A DNA stretch of 64,000 nt from Zygnema circumcarinatum SAG 698-1b. Lineage: Eukaryota; Plantae; Zygnematophyceae. This document shows, piece after piece, positions 49,167-61,209 of the stretch (position 1 is the stretch's first letter; each line of letters opens with the position of its first letter). The notes beneath the pieces were generated by a model. The model saw nothing but the letters and a program-made list of their open reading frames with translations, was not told the DNA's origin and did not search any database. The translations under genes were made by a program, and so were the position numbers. The stretch spans positions 2,327,361-2,391,360 of the forward strand of contig CM074805.1 in NCBI GenBank assembly GCA_037447605.1, given 5' to 3'.

Positions 49167-51235
49167 ATGATGCGCGGGGCAGACGTCGCCCCCAACCAGA
49201 CCATCTACATCAACAATCTGAATGAGAAAGTGAAGAAGGATGGTGAGCACACGGGGTTCCTGACCTCGAGGAGGGCCTGCCACAGCTACGCTTGCTCTAG
49301 TAGAGCGGGCGGGGAGCTTACGGGGATAGCGGGCTGCTGCAGAATTGAAGAAATCGCTATATGCGGTTTTTTCTCAGTTCGGGAAAATACTGGACATTGT
49401 CGCCCTGAAGACTCTGAAGCTGAGGGGGCAAGCGTGGGTTGCCTTCGATGACATCACCGCGGCTACAAATGCGCTCCGCCAAATGCAGGGCTTTCCCTTT
49501 TACGACAAGCCCATGGTAGGGTCATCTGATTCTTCCTAAGAAGCTCCTCTGCGAATGATTTGTTGAACGTGTATGAATCTGTTTCCCCGGATGCTTGTCG
49601 GTCGGATCATAAATTTAGGTTTAGGACTCTGTGCGTGCCCTTTTTCTGGATTTTCCTCTCAACTTAGGGCTGCTGCGGAACAAAAGGAACCAAGTGGAGT
49701 ATGTTTGAAGGTACTCAACGCCCTACTTCAGCTGAAGGAGGTTTATTATTTACATAGTCATTGAATTCCTGCGTGACCTACAGAGTGGCGTTGTTACGGA
49801 TACATAAGGTCATTTGCTTGTTGCAGTTGTTTAGCGAAATCCATTTTATTAGTAATATTAGATGCTGGCGTGCTCCTTACCCCTTGGGTATAACTAGGCA
49901 GGCAAAAGTATAGGCAGCATTACCCTCCAAATTTGAAGAAATGAACAGTTATCTATGCCGTTCGAAAAGAACTTGATTGTTCCAGTCGCGCCACCCAAGA
50001 CACTTCGAATTTGGGGCTCAATTTACAATATGATCATTGTGGTTGATGGAGGGTGTGCCAGTAGTAAGCTATATGCTGCAGTATATTTTAGCGCTCAGTA
50101 TTGCCTTGGTTGACGACATGTAGCAACCTTTTATAGATACCCTTAAAAAATAAGCCTGTACAGACAAGATGTCTGCCCTCTATCAAGGCGCGACACTTGC
50201 AAGATAGAGTTTTTCGAGGAGGCAAAAGGTTAAATATGGGTGTGTACTTTGGGTGTGTATCTCGTGTATTTCGCGCACGCCCTGCAAATGCAGTCACTGC
50301 TTATGTTGCGCAATTCGAGAAAATGACGCCCTTGTTTCGGTGATTGGATTTCGGAAAATTCAGATCCTTGAGTAGATGTAGGGAGAACTTACTGACCACA
50401 CATCTTCTACGGGCTTGTTGCAGAGAATTTCATATGCCAAGGCAAAGTCTGATGTAATTGCTAAAGCTGATGGCAGCTATGTACAACGAGAGAAAAGGAA
50501 GAATGAGAAAGGTGGGTTGAAATGATGTTTCTGTCCCAATTTTAGGGCACCGGTGCTTTTATATTTTTGGAGAACAAGCTGAGGTTGTTCGATTTGCAGA
50601 GCATACACTCACCGATCGTATCTTAATTGTTCCATTTGTGTGACATCAACAACTTGCGCTTGTCAGGTCGCAAGCGGACGGAACAGCAACAGCCTGCGGT
50701 GGCAGCTGTTACTCCCCAGTATGGCGCCGGCTATGGAGCAGCTGCACCGGTTTTTAACCTCGCCTTTAACCCATACACAATGCATTCTTGTCGTAGTTGT
50801 TCCAGTCTTCTGCACTCGCTGGCTTGGCTGCCTTCCTTTCCATGGCAACTTGCTGATATAGTTTCTGCTGTCAGAGCTTGTAACTCGTTTCTGATGTTTG
50901 TGCCCCTAGCCGTCAACTTATGGGCTGTTTTTTTGCGGTTTCAGATCACTCCTGCGTACGCGGCACCTGTGCAGCCAATTATCCCTGAGGCTCCTGCTCC
51001 ACCAAATAATACCCTATTTTTGCAGAATCTGCCACATGATATCAGCGATCAAAGCTTGACCGCCCTCTTCCAACAATTCCCTGGGTTCCAAGAAGTGCGC
51101 ACAATCTCAGCCAGGCCCGGCATAGCCTTTGTGGAGTACAAGGACGAGGGGCAGGCAACGGTCGCCATGCAGGGTCTGCAGGGTTTCATGATCAAGCCCA
51201 CCAATCCCATGCATATTACGTATGCAAACAAATAG
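49167..51235 (+). CDS. U2B''/U1A/SNF-family snRNP protein, two RRMs (exons ~49167-49242, 49344-49516, 50424-50511, 50668-50750, 50946-51235)
   Basis: [52 protein letters not shown]...[11 protein letters not shown]; RRM2 [12 protein letters not shown]...GIAFVEY...MHITYANK*. Confidence 0.95.
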
Positions 51236-52415
51236 TGGTTAGGTCTTAATGGGGCTACTCATGTTCTCGCTCAGGCAGGCTCGACTATCGTGTAAACCGG
51301 TGAAAGAAAGCAGTGTGGTTACGCCAATTATGCCCTTAGAAGCAGGTGCAAGTAAATGAGTTGAATCATATGTTCTTCAAAGCTCTGCACCTTTTGCCTT
51401 GCTGTCTTGCAGACAGAAAGGGACTCCCTGTGCCTGACAACTGAAATTCGCTAATGGGTGAAGAAGGACCTGTCTTTTGATGAGCCGCTTACAATGCCAA
51501 CCTTCTTTGTTAACAATACTCGTGTACCGTGTCTTGGTATAATCATTCTAAACCGTAGCCGAAGCATGTGCGTAGAGAATGCAACAAATGGAAAGGTATT
51601 CCAGTAGGTATGTCAATAGTAGGGTATGTCAGGCTTAAAAATTGTCAGTAAGCCGTTTCGAGACTTTGATATCAAAACGACTACCGTACAAAGTACTTCC
51701 GTAACTTTTCTATTAGTGATACTTTTGATAAGATTCTGCTAAGTCTGACACGCCCTAGTGTCTGTAAAACAACCAGTATGGTTTCCTGGTTCCTGGTGGT
51801 AGAAGAGTGGTGTAAAGATGGCCTCTCCACTCGTTAGATGGGAACTTGCGTAGAGCAAACACAAAAATCTTCCAAGGCAATCTCAATGCGTAGTTGATGT
51901 CCCTTCAAGCTTCTGGCTCTGAATATTTTTCACAACTGGCATATTACAGCAACAAGGTTTGCCCACCAGTGTGCCACTGTAGAAAACATACAGTTTGCAA
52001 CATAACCAGAAAAGCAACCAACCAAACATACGAAACGCATGGGGAAAGACATTCTGGAACTTAGTTGCAAACATGATGTATGCAATACTTGAACAAACTA
52101 CTACCCAATACACTGAAAGTACTAGCATATTTAAACCTAAAGCACGACAGCCCTTACCCTGCTTCATACTGCATGGCAAAGAGGCTGTATGCTACCCTTT
52201 AATGTGTAAATGGCTTCAGGGAACAGCAATAGTCAATGCATATGATACAGCAATACTCGCTTCATGCTCCTTGCCTCCACAAAAAGGATCGAAAATCTCA
52301 CACTCGTACTTTTGAGTGGGAGACTTACATTCGATGCCTGAAAAAACATTAGGGTAAAAACCGCATATATAAAGCAGCAATAGTTCTCTTCTTCACGATA
52401 GTTAGACCATAAAGT

Positions 52416-53375
52416 CTATGAGCCGTCATTCTTCTTCAACGCTGTGTTCTTGACAATCTGCACAAGCAATTAGCAATATGCCGGTCACTGCCGGGCATTG
52501 TCTGATGGTCTTTCAAGTTGCAACGAAACAAGGGCACCAACAACCTTCTTATCACCCTGCAAAAGACACTGACGAAATGTCAACAACAAGTAACTCACCT
52601 GACGCAGCATGAAGTTCTCTCGTTGCAATGTAGATACTTTCTCCTCCAACTCCGCATTGCGCTGTTCAAGATCTCTCCCTCGCAACTCAAGGTCGGTAAG
52701 GTAAACCTTCTTCCGCTCTCGAGCCTGCTGCGCAGAGACGCGGTTGCGCAAGAGCCTGCATTGATACCCGAAGTGTGAGCACCTCTCCATCCCAAGACAC
52801 ATCACTATTACAAACTGCAAATTCGTTTCAACTACAAAAACACAACCCCAGTCAAAGGACCAGTTTCCCAGTCTTTCCCCCTGGAGACACCGAAGAGAAA
52901 TGGTTCTGCATTAGGACGACGCCCCACCATGCCCCATAACGCTGCCAGCACTAAGAAGTTTAGGCCTCTTTGTGCTTACCTCTTCATACGCTTATGCTCT
53001 TTATCTGCCCCTCCGCCGCTGCGCTTGCGCACAGTGCCCTGGGGCGGGCCGCCTCCACTGCTCGTAGATGCAGGAGGAGGGGGAGGGTTGTGCATCTCCG
53101 GCACACGTTGCGCGTCAGCATCAGTTTCTGCAAACCCCCTCAACGTCCAAAACCGTTTGAGGACCAGATTCTTCTGGTCTATCGGGCAATGGCTCGTACG
53201 ACTCAATCAACTATTCGACACTTCATGTAAAATATGTCAGAAAGAGCGAGGCACCACTACCTTCCCGCTGTGCACCGGAATCCACATGCCGGGACCCTTC
53301 CGCCTGTTTCAGCATCAACTCCGCCACCCCATCTCCATCCAACTCTTTCTTTGGCACAGCCGAGGACTGCATCAT
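52416..53375 (-). CDS. HY5: bZIP transcription factor HY5/HYH (exons ~53375-53261, 53129-52979, 52759-52601, 52457-52416)
   Basis: COP1-binding VP motif [12 protein letters not shown]; basic region [25 protein letters not shown]; zipper ending ENFMLRQ-IVKNT. Confidence 0.92.
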
Positions 53376-53828
53376 TTCTTTCACGCAATAACCTGCGCAT
53401 TTGCACGATAGGATACATCCTGTCAGCCACCATCCCCTCAGGGTCTAGCTACAATCCACTGCCTCCCTAGAGCTGCAAACAACAACGGCATCGCTTATCT
53501 CCACTCCTCTTCTCTTTCGCCCTCCCTCCCTATTTCCTACCCACAACCCTAATTCGATTCCCTCGTTCAGCACCAACTCCCAGACCCTAACCCTAATCTC
53601 CGCCACACTCCCGTCTGCTGCAGAATGCGGTGAAACTACTCACGCCGGTCCTGACGACAGAATTGAGTCGAAGCGGGAGGCTGGAAAGGGAACGAGAGAG
53701 AGAGGTAGGAGAGCGGCGAGAGCGAGAGAGAGTGGGAGAAGGAAAGAGGGAAGGGGGGTGAGGGAGAAAGGCCACTACGGAGGGCGGCGGGCCTTTGGCA
53801 GAATCGCGGGGCGGTCTCCCGACGGGGC

Positions 53829-53863
53829 TACGTGGCGCCTCCCTCCGCCCCCACTCACACGTG
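53829..53863. promoter_or_regulatory. ACGT-core elements (TACGTGGC, G-box CACGTG) in the HY5 upstream region
   Basis: TACGTGGC at 53829 and CACGTG at 53858. These are short motifs and function is only inferred. Confidence 0.3.
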
Positions 53864-54027
53864 CCAAAAAATACGGTCCGCCGAATATGGTATTTACCGT
53901 ACACTAAATCTTCAAAAACTATCGCTAATTTTTTTTTACTCGATTACGGGCACGAGTTAGCTCCGGAGATATTCTCGCCCTGTGGCAGCTGACATCCGTA
54001 CGGGGTTTTTTTTTTTTCGCAGTTAGA

Positions 54028-54591
54028 GTAAAACCGAACAGGTTGAGAAATTGAGAAACGAGTTTACTTAATTCTCAATTCTCAAATTTATTGAATAGGG
54101 TTGAACTTTGAACACTCGACGTCGAAACCTTTTCGATTTAAGAAGGCGAAAAGATTTTAAGAAAAATTCAAAGACTCATTGGTTTGGTCAAACGTGTGGA
54201 TTCCACTTTTGGCCACGCTGGTTCCGTGCGATTCGAGGGATCCGGTTAACCTCGGGCGCCAGCTTTGCCGTACGACTCTTCCCGCGAGCCGATCAACAAT
54301 TTATGTACGAACCTCTGGGTCCATGCGCTTTGCGATCCGCTAAAATCTCACTATTGATCCATGGACCTAAGGAATACTCAAATTGAATACGAACGATAAT
54401 TAATTGTTCAATGTTTAATTGGTTCTCAATTAAAATTGTATTGAGAATCAAATTTAGGAATTTATTTCTCATTTCTCGAAATGAATCGTGTTCACAAATG
54501 TAAGGTTTTTCTTGGGAAACTGGTTTTGAGAGTTTTTTTGTTGTGATCCAAAATCTTTAATTTCCCAATTTCTCAACCTGTTCGATTTTAC
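54028..54591. mobile_element. Putative MITE with 31-bp TIRs in the HY5 / unknown-gene divergent promoter
   Basis: GTAAAACCGAACAGGTTGAGAAATTGAGAAA (54028-54058) versus the reverse complement of 54561-54591 (GTAAAATCGAACAGGTTGAGAAATTGGGAAA): 29/31 identical. AT-rich interior; no clear TSD. Confidence 0.7.
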
Positions 54592-54839
54592 GTGAATTCA
54601 AAAATTCCAAACCTGGTCCTATATATAATTCAAAACTACAAACTGCAAACTGCAAACTGCGGACTGCAAACTGGGTTTTTCATGAGATCAATGCCACATC
54701 CTCTGGTTTTTTCCAATTTTTTTTCCCGCAAGGTTTTTAAATTGTTTTTAATCAAATATAGGGGACTAATCTTATTACAAATTTATATCTCCGAACGAGC
54801 TTGCAGGTGTCCTCCCTGAGGGAGAGCTGCGCTGGAGCC

Positions 54840-56379
54840 ATGGCTGCAGTGAGCGTGCAAGGGCTGCCCGTGCGTGACGCTGTCAGCCATGGCGGAGGCG
54901 GAGTTATCATCTCCGGCTCGCCTCTTCCCGGCCATGGCCATGGCTGCAACTTTGCTCGTCCGGCCGCCTTTGCACGTGTTGAGCCTGCAGCTTGCTGCTC
55001 ATACGAAGGTTCCTTCCTCTGCAGTTCCTCCCAGACGCCTGCACGGAGGAAAGGCGTAAGTCATTATTATTCGAGGCCGTGCATATAATCTGATGTTCCC
55101 TCTCCGTTATTTGTTTTTTAAGGGCAGGAAGGTCACTCGGTAGAAGAAGTTAGGAGCGGGAGGCGAGTCAGGAAGTTTACGAGATGTTCTGAATGAAAGT
55201 TGTGGAGCTGGGAAAGGGGAGCAGCGAAATTTCTTTGTTCGTGCATCGCTGGACGATGAATTTACGTCCGGTCGATCCGTTGCAGCAGGACTGCATCGTC
55301 GGTACCGGGATGTCGTTGAGGGAGGACACACGGCTTATCTCAAGGTAACCTTTTTCTTAGTCAAATTTGAACTTGAAACCTCATTTCTTAGCTTTACAGA
55401 TCACGCTAACTCAGCTGCTGATGTTTGCCTTTGCACTGCCGCGTATCACTTACAGAGCTCACCTTGTTAAATGACGAACTTCTAGCAACTTTACCGCTGA
55501 ACTCTGGAGAGGATTGCCGTGTAGGAATTTGTAACCGCAGCTGTGACTGCGTACGCTCTTGGATGTAGTGAGGAAGGGCTGCGAAAGGAGTTACACAATG
55601 TGCATGTTACTCCCACGACGTCAAGTACCTCTTCCAGTGGCTCCCGCATCTCAGTAGAAGAGGTACTGTATGGCTGCTGCCTTTTAGCCGTCACGTGCCT
55701 TGCTTCATATCAGCCAATTATGGACTTATTATTGGCATTCAATCCAGAACTTTGGTGGAGCAAACAGCTCCAGTAATGGATTGTCGCGCGAGAAAATTTA
55801 ATATGGTTTGTTAGGGTATGGGAGAATAACGTACAGGTGGAGGAATGCCTGCTTTGGTTAGTAATTGTATTCATCACCATCCTCTGCGCTCCGCAGCCCT
55901 GCGTCGTGCGCTGGTCCTCGTCGCCACCTGTCTCACCTGAGGGATTGCTGCAGTGGCGCGGCTTTTGTTCACTCATTGCCAATGCTTACTATAACCGTGG
56001 GATGGCTTGGTAAGTGAACTCTCTTGTACTCTCTTATGCTCGTCAGGCTAGCCCTCAAGCTGCTGTGCTCTCGAGCGCGTCGGAGAAATGTTCGTTATGT
56101 TGAATTTTTGTGGGCTCTCTTTTCAACAGCAGAATGGTGGTGTTTCTCATATGCATGTGCGCACGTGGAGGTCACTGTTCTCCCTTGTGGTGACCTCCGT
56201 GCTCACCACGAGTCAGACAGGGAGGGATTACCAGGTATTCTGTGCGACGATTGCAGATGGAGCAGCTGGCTGTAATTGGACATGCAGAGAAAGCTGATAT
56301 TGTAAGCGATCGCATGCGGATCGTTTTTGTCACTCTTGAGGTGGTGGACCCGCGCTGGGGCAGCAATGCCGCCTATTGA
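54840..56379 (+). CDS. Conserved uncharacterised plant protein, probably plastid-targeted (5 exons)
   Basis: Transit-like N-terminus. Spliced product includes FTSGRSVAAGLHRRY, AYALGCSEEGLRKEL, VEECLLWLVIVFITILCAPQPCVVRWSSSP..QWRGFCSLIANAYYNRGMAW, and YSVRRLQMEQLAV...RMRIVFVTLEVVDPRW, which I recognise as a land-plant conserved unknown family. GT-AG junctions. Confidence 0.8.
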
Positions 56380-57562
56380 CTAGCCTTTCGACTGCTTCGT
56401 ACACTCTGCTCTTTATGAACCCCGCAGAACAATTGATCTTCAATAAATTGTGTGCCTTGTCCGTCTTGCTTCAATGCAGAAGGATGCTGCATTCTCCATA
56501 TATGGAGTCGTTTGCAACTGTTTAATGCGTGTGCTTCTCTTCTGCGAGGAAGTAGTTGTCAGTATTTGTAACTTGTGTGTTTCCTTAGAGGAATTTTGCC
56601 TAGCATGTATCGTCATATTAAACACCTTTCTGGGTGGTGGGCCTTCAGGTCATCTCTCCACATTGGCCCTCTCGCTAATTGAAGGGAGTGTTCAAGCTCG
56701 ACATAAATTTATAAATTTGTACATATCCTCTCATATTTTAGGTGTCACCCAGACACCTATGTTCCCTGCTTGTTGCCACTATGTGTTTCCAACCTCAGTG
56801 CTGCCAGCTGCTGATTGCAGCCCTACTGCGCTATCCAGAAATAAACGTTCCCAAACCATTTTTCCGGCTTTTCAGAGCGCAATTTTGTCCATACTTCAGG
56901 ATCAATAACGACATTGGCTTTATTTAGGTCTTTGCAGGCGTATGTGTTTGTCATCACGATTTCCGCAGTAAACCGCACCAGCACACGTAGTTTCAGAAGA
57001 CATGTGCCCTTGTTGAATATACGGTACATGTTTTGAGTCGGTGCACTCGGGCAATGAACCAAATCCCTCAACTGCGTCCTGTCATTTCGACATTTCTCAA
57101 GGTTGTGCGTCACAAACATAATCAACGAAATATTGCGTGCGTTCTGGCAAAGGTTTATAGTTGAGGCTGATTTTATGCAGCAGCGAGCGCCTATCTTCTT
57201 TCCCTAAAGAGGTACTGAGAGGCTGAAGCATTCGAGCTTTTGATCGCAACGAGAAAGTCGAGAAACTATGCGACTGTCGAACCACTGATTTGGCCAATCA
57301 TGGTTTGCTAATGGTTGGTTGCCACTGGCAACAAATGGTTAGGTCCATTAGTCAATAGTTGGCTAGATTGGCCATCCAATGGTTCTAGCAATTGGCATCA
57401 ATGTTTGCAACCATTGGATTGCTTGGAAGCGGCGACGTCATCAAATGTACATGGACAAAGACATTGTAGAAAAAAGATAAAGCGTTCACAAACGACCGAG
57501 GAAACGGAAAGGAAAGCTGCCGATAGTGGCGACCATTCCGTTGTTTGTCAAAGGAGAAAAGA

Positions 57563-57643
57563 TGTGGCATTGATCTCACGATGGCGATGCCATCAAATGG
57601 CACATGGACAAACTCAGCATGGGGAACCACGAGGAACGGGTCG
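57563..57643 (+). repeat. Copy 2 of the ~85-bp dispersed repeat (partial extra copy at ~57431-57460)
   Basis: TGTGGCATTGATCTCACGATGGCGATGCCATCAAATGGCACATGGACAAA...GGAACCACGAGGAACGGGTCG. Confidence 0.75.
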
Positions 57644-58662
57644 AACGGTCCAATGGCTCGACCGTTCATGCATCACACTTAGAGCCTAGTCTTTACGGTT
57701 GTCTCCACGAATTACGTCAGGCGACGTCAAAAAACTTGTACGGGTCTGGTTTTCAGTTTGGCCTTCTCGGTTTCCGGCGGCAAACGTAAGATGCCTCTAG
57801 TCCTCAAAGCGCGGCAGAATTCTGCGTCGGCCAATGGCAGGCCGGGGAGGAGGGTACGACCGTACGGCGGGTGCAGAGGGACCGTACGCACCCCCAGCCG
57901 GCGGCACCGTTTGTCGCATGCGGCAGCGCCGGCGGGAGGCACCACGTGCCTGCCCTTAAAAAATGGTCAGGTTGGAAAAAGATTGGAGTGCACTTCAAAT
58001 ATCTCCGACTGAATTTTTTTCTTTATTTGATTTTTTTCTTCTAAATTTGAACCTAGCGCCGGTATCAGATGTCTCCACTCGCCATGGCTTTTGTTTTGGC
58101 AGCCCGGCGGCATGGCCGCAGTGGGAGGGCACGTCATGTCGTTCCTGATTGGCTGCCGTAAGATTTACGGTCTGCCCGACGAAATTGCGATGCTGCTGTC
58201 CTGAGGGCCTGTCCTTCCTTTCCCAGTTTCGTCTCCAAGTTACAAACCCATCCAGCCAGGTTTTTGGTAAAAAAACCGAAGTTGGGAGCCGGCACCTTAC
58301 CCACCCGCGGCTGGGATCGCACCCCCGAGTGCCGTACGGCAGTCAGCTTCTCGTGGCTAGGGGCGCTGGCTTTTGGTTTAGTCATACTGGCGACTAAACC
58401 CTCGGGATTAGTCAGTCGGCTGGCCATGACTCGAGGCGAGCATCGTCCGAGGCGATCCGCCACGTACATAAATAATGTTACATCGTTACATTTGCCAGAC
58501 GCAAATATGGCTTTTTCTCGCAGAGTTCGAGCCGCGTAAATGGGGTATAGCCCCCCCTGACTGCCTGCGCGTGCCTCGTAGGAGCAGAGCCTCTCTCACC
58601 CTCCCTCCGGCTGGATCTGAGCTCCCGCCGCCTGCACCGCTGCTCCTGCAGAGCAGGGCGCC

Positions 58663-60618
58663 ATGGCGGCTCTCGCGGCGATCTGTGCAGTGGCGCTGGT
58701 GCTGGCATGCTGTGGCCCGGCCGCAGTGCAGGGGTTTTACCTGCCGGGGATGTATCCCAGGGCGCATCCGGTGAATAGCACTGTCTTGGTGAAGGTCAAC
58801 AGTCTGACGTCTGTCGCAACGGGCCTGCCATTCAACTACTACAGTTTGCCCTTCTGTCAGCCTCCCGAGGGTATAGAGAAGATGGACGAGAATTTCGGGG
58901 AGTTGATGATAGGAGATCTGATCGAGAGCTCGCCCTATAAGTTCAGAATGATGATAGAGGAACATACTGTCAAGGTTTGCGAGACGCATCCGCTTACCGA
59001 CGATGATGTGAAGAACTTCAACCAGAAAATCGCAGATAAGTATCGCATCAACATGCTGCTGGACAACCTTCCTGTTACTGTGGAGATGATTGAGGAAAAC
59101 CCTGGCAGCATCATGACGGGCTTTCCCATCGGGTATGTCAAGGACGGAGTTGCTTACGTTTACAACCACCTTGTTTTCAAAGTCCTTGTGCACGAGTACA
59201 AAGATCCCGGGGTGGTTCGCGGAATCGCCTCAGGCGACCCTTCCATGGATGTGATTTCGGAAGGAAACAGCACTAAGAACTCCGGCTACCTTGTGGTCGG
59301 ATTCGAGGTCGCAGCCTGCAGCGTTGAGCGGAAGCCGGATGCAAGCATTCCTTCCTACTCTACTCTGGAGAAAATTGAATGTTTGAAGGCGACTCCGCAG
59401 GCGGTGAAGAAAGATGCTCAGATTGTGTACACATTCGATGTGCTGTGGGATATGAGCCCTATCGCGTGGGCGAGTCGCTGGGATGCTTACTTGAAAATGA
59501 AGGGAGATCAAGTTCATTGGTTTTCCATTCTCAACAGCCTTATGGTCATCTCCTTCCTCGCGGGCATGGTCTTCGTCATCCTCCTCCGATCTGTTCACCG
59601 GGATTTGGCTAAGGTTGAGCAGCTGGACAAGGAGGAAGCTGCTCAGATGGCGGACGAGAGTGGCTGGAAGCTTGTCGTCGGCGACGTGTTCCGATCCCCG
59701 CCATTGCCTGGTCTACTTTGCATTGTCGTCGCCAATGGTTTCCAAATCATCTGCATGGCTGCAGTTACAATCGCCTTTGCTGCTCTCGGCTTTATGTCTC
59801 CCGCTTCTCGAGGGACGTTGCTGATGGGCATGGTGGTACTCTACCTACTATTGGGAATTGCTGCCGGTTACATGGCTTCTCGTCTTTGGATCACTCTCAC
59901 AGGTTTACCCCAAAGTGTGATCTCTCTCTCATTAAAGGTGGCGTGCTTTTTCCCTGGCATAACAGCCATTGGGCTCACTCTTCTCAACTTCCTCCTCTGG
60001 CACTCGGAAAGCACAGGTGCTGTCCCGTTCTCTGTCTTCTTCGAATTATTTTTCCTCTGGTTCATTATTTCGGTGCCTCTTACGGTACTTGGCGTCCACT
60101 TCGGCATGAAGGCTGAACGTTTCCAATACCCAGTACGAACAAATCAGATTCCACGACAGATTCCGGAGCAGCGCTACCCTGCCTGGCTGATGATTTTGGG
60201 GGGTGGCATTCTGCCGTTCGGCACCGTGTACATCGAGTTCTTTTTCATCATGTCCAGCATCTGGATGCAACGCGTCTATTACGGTTTCGGGTTCCTCTTC
60301 ATTGTCCTTATCCTGTTGATCTTGGTTTGCGCGGAGGTCTCTGTCGTTTTCACGTACCTGCAGCTGACTATGGAGGATTACCGTTGGTGGTGGCGGTCTT
60401 TCATGGCGTCGGGCTCTGTAGCTCTCTACGCATTCTTGTACTCGATCAACTACCTCATTGTGGACCTCCACCGCATGAGTGGCACCCTCTCAGAAATCAT
60501 CTTCGTCGGGTATAGTATTCTAATGGTGTTCGCCATATTCTTGGCAACGGGCACAGTTGGTTTCCTTGCTTCAGCTTATTTTGTGTACTACCTTTTCTCT
60601 TCTGTCAAGCTGGACTAG
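58663..60618 (+). CDS. TMN: Transmembrane 9 superfamily (EMP70/TM9SF) member, intronless, TMN11/12-like
   Basis: 651-aa ORF: signal peptide, GFYLPG.YP, VKVNSLTS, QVHWFSILNS, GWKLVVGDVFR, YPVRTNQIPRQIP, EDYRWWWRSF, and the C-terminal KxD Golgi-retention signal SSVKLD*. Confidence 0.97.
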   Translation: MAALAAICAVALVLACCGPAAVQGFYLPGMYPRAHPVNSTVLVKVNSLTSVATGLPFNYYSLPFCQPPEGIEKMDENFGELMIGDLIESSPYKFRMMIEEHTVKVCETHPLTDDDVKNFNQKIADKYRINMLLDNLPVTVEMIEENPGSIMTGFPIGYVKDGVAYVYNHLVFKVLVHEYKDPGVVRGIASGDPSMDVISEGNSTKNSGYLVVGFEVAACSVERKPDASIPSYSTLEKIECLKATPQAVKKDAQIVYTFDVLWDMSPIAWASRWDAYLKMKGDQVHWFSILNSLMVISFLAGMVFVILLRSVHRDLAKVEQLDKEEAAQMADESGWKLVVGDVFRSPPLPGLLCIVVANGFQIICMAAVTIAFAALGFMSPASRGTLLMGMVVLYLLLGIAAGYMASRLWITLTGLPQSVISLSLKVACFFPGITAIGLTLLNFLLWHSESTGAVPFSVFFELFFLWFIISVPLTVLGVHFGMKAERFQYPVRTNQIPRQIPEQRYPAWLMILGGGILPFGTVYIEFFFIMSSIWMQRVYYGFGFLFIVLILLILVCAEVSVVFTYLQLTMEDYRWWWRSFMASGSVALYAFLYSINYLIVDLHRMSGTLSEIIFVGYSILMVFAIFLATGTVGFLASAYFVYYLFSSVKLD

Positions 60619-61209
60619 GCTGGGCTTATAGCAGGCTTGCTGCTCAGAAATTTCATAGTCGTATGTTAGAAACCGGTGTCCATCAGAGTCGCAATTGGAT
60701 GGCTGCTAGTGGAATCACAAGGAAGCAGTCATTATTTTACAAACAATGCCGTCTTTTGTCTAGAAGTTGCGTAAAGCCTCATCCACTTCTCTGAATTTCA
60801 TGTGGTGGTCAGACTTTACAAACTGGTTATTTTTTCTGCAGTCCAGCAATCTTGTTTTCGATTGAATAATGCAATCGTAGTGGTGTTTTTCTATGAGTCT
60901 TTTTCTGCACATGTGGATGGTTCTGAGTGCTCCGTGTTCCGAAAACGATTTGACCCCCTGTGAAGGTCAGATTCGCTGATGGTAGCTCCTTACTGGCAGT
61001 CGCGCAGGCTTATGATTTTGGAAGTTAGTTCCTATAATGTCAGACTGTCTGCGAGAACTTCCAAAAAGCTATCTTCAGCTGCTCCAAATAACCGATTTCA
61101 AAGTTGTCCACTCTCGCTAATAGTGCAGCTCCGTCAGCGAAAGGTTAAAGCCTATGCTTTCTACTACACTGCTGTCATGTGGGTTGAAGGGAAAGTGTTG
61201 CAGACCTAT

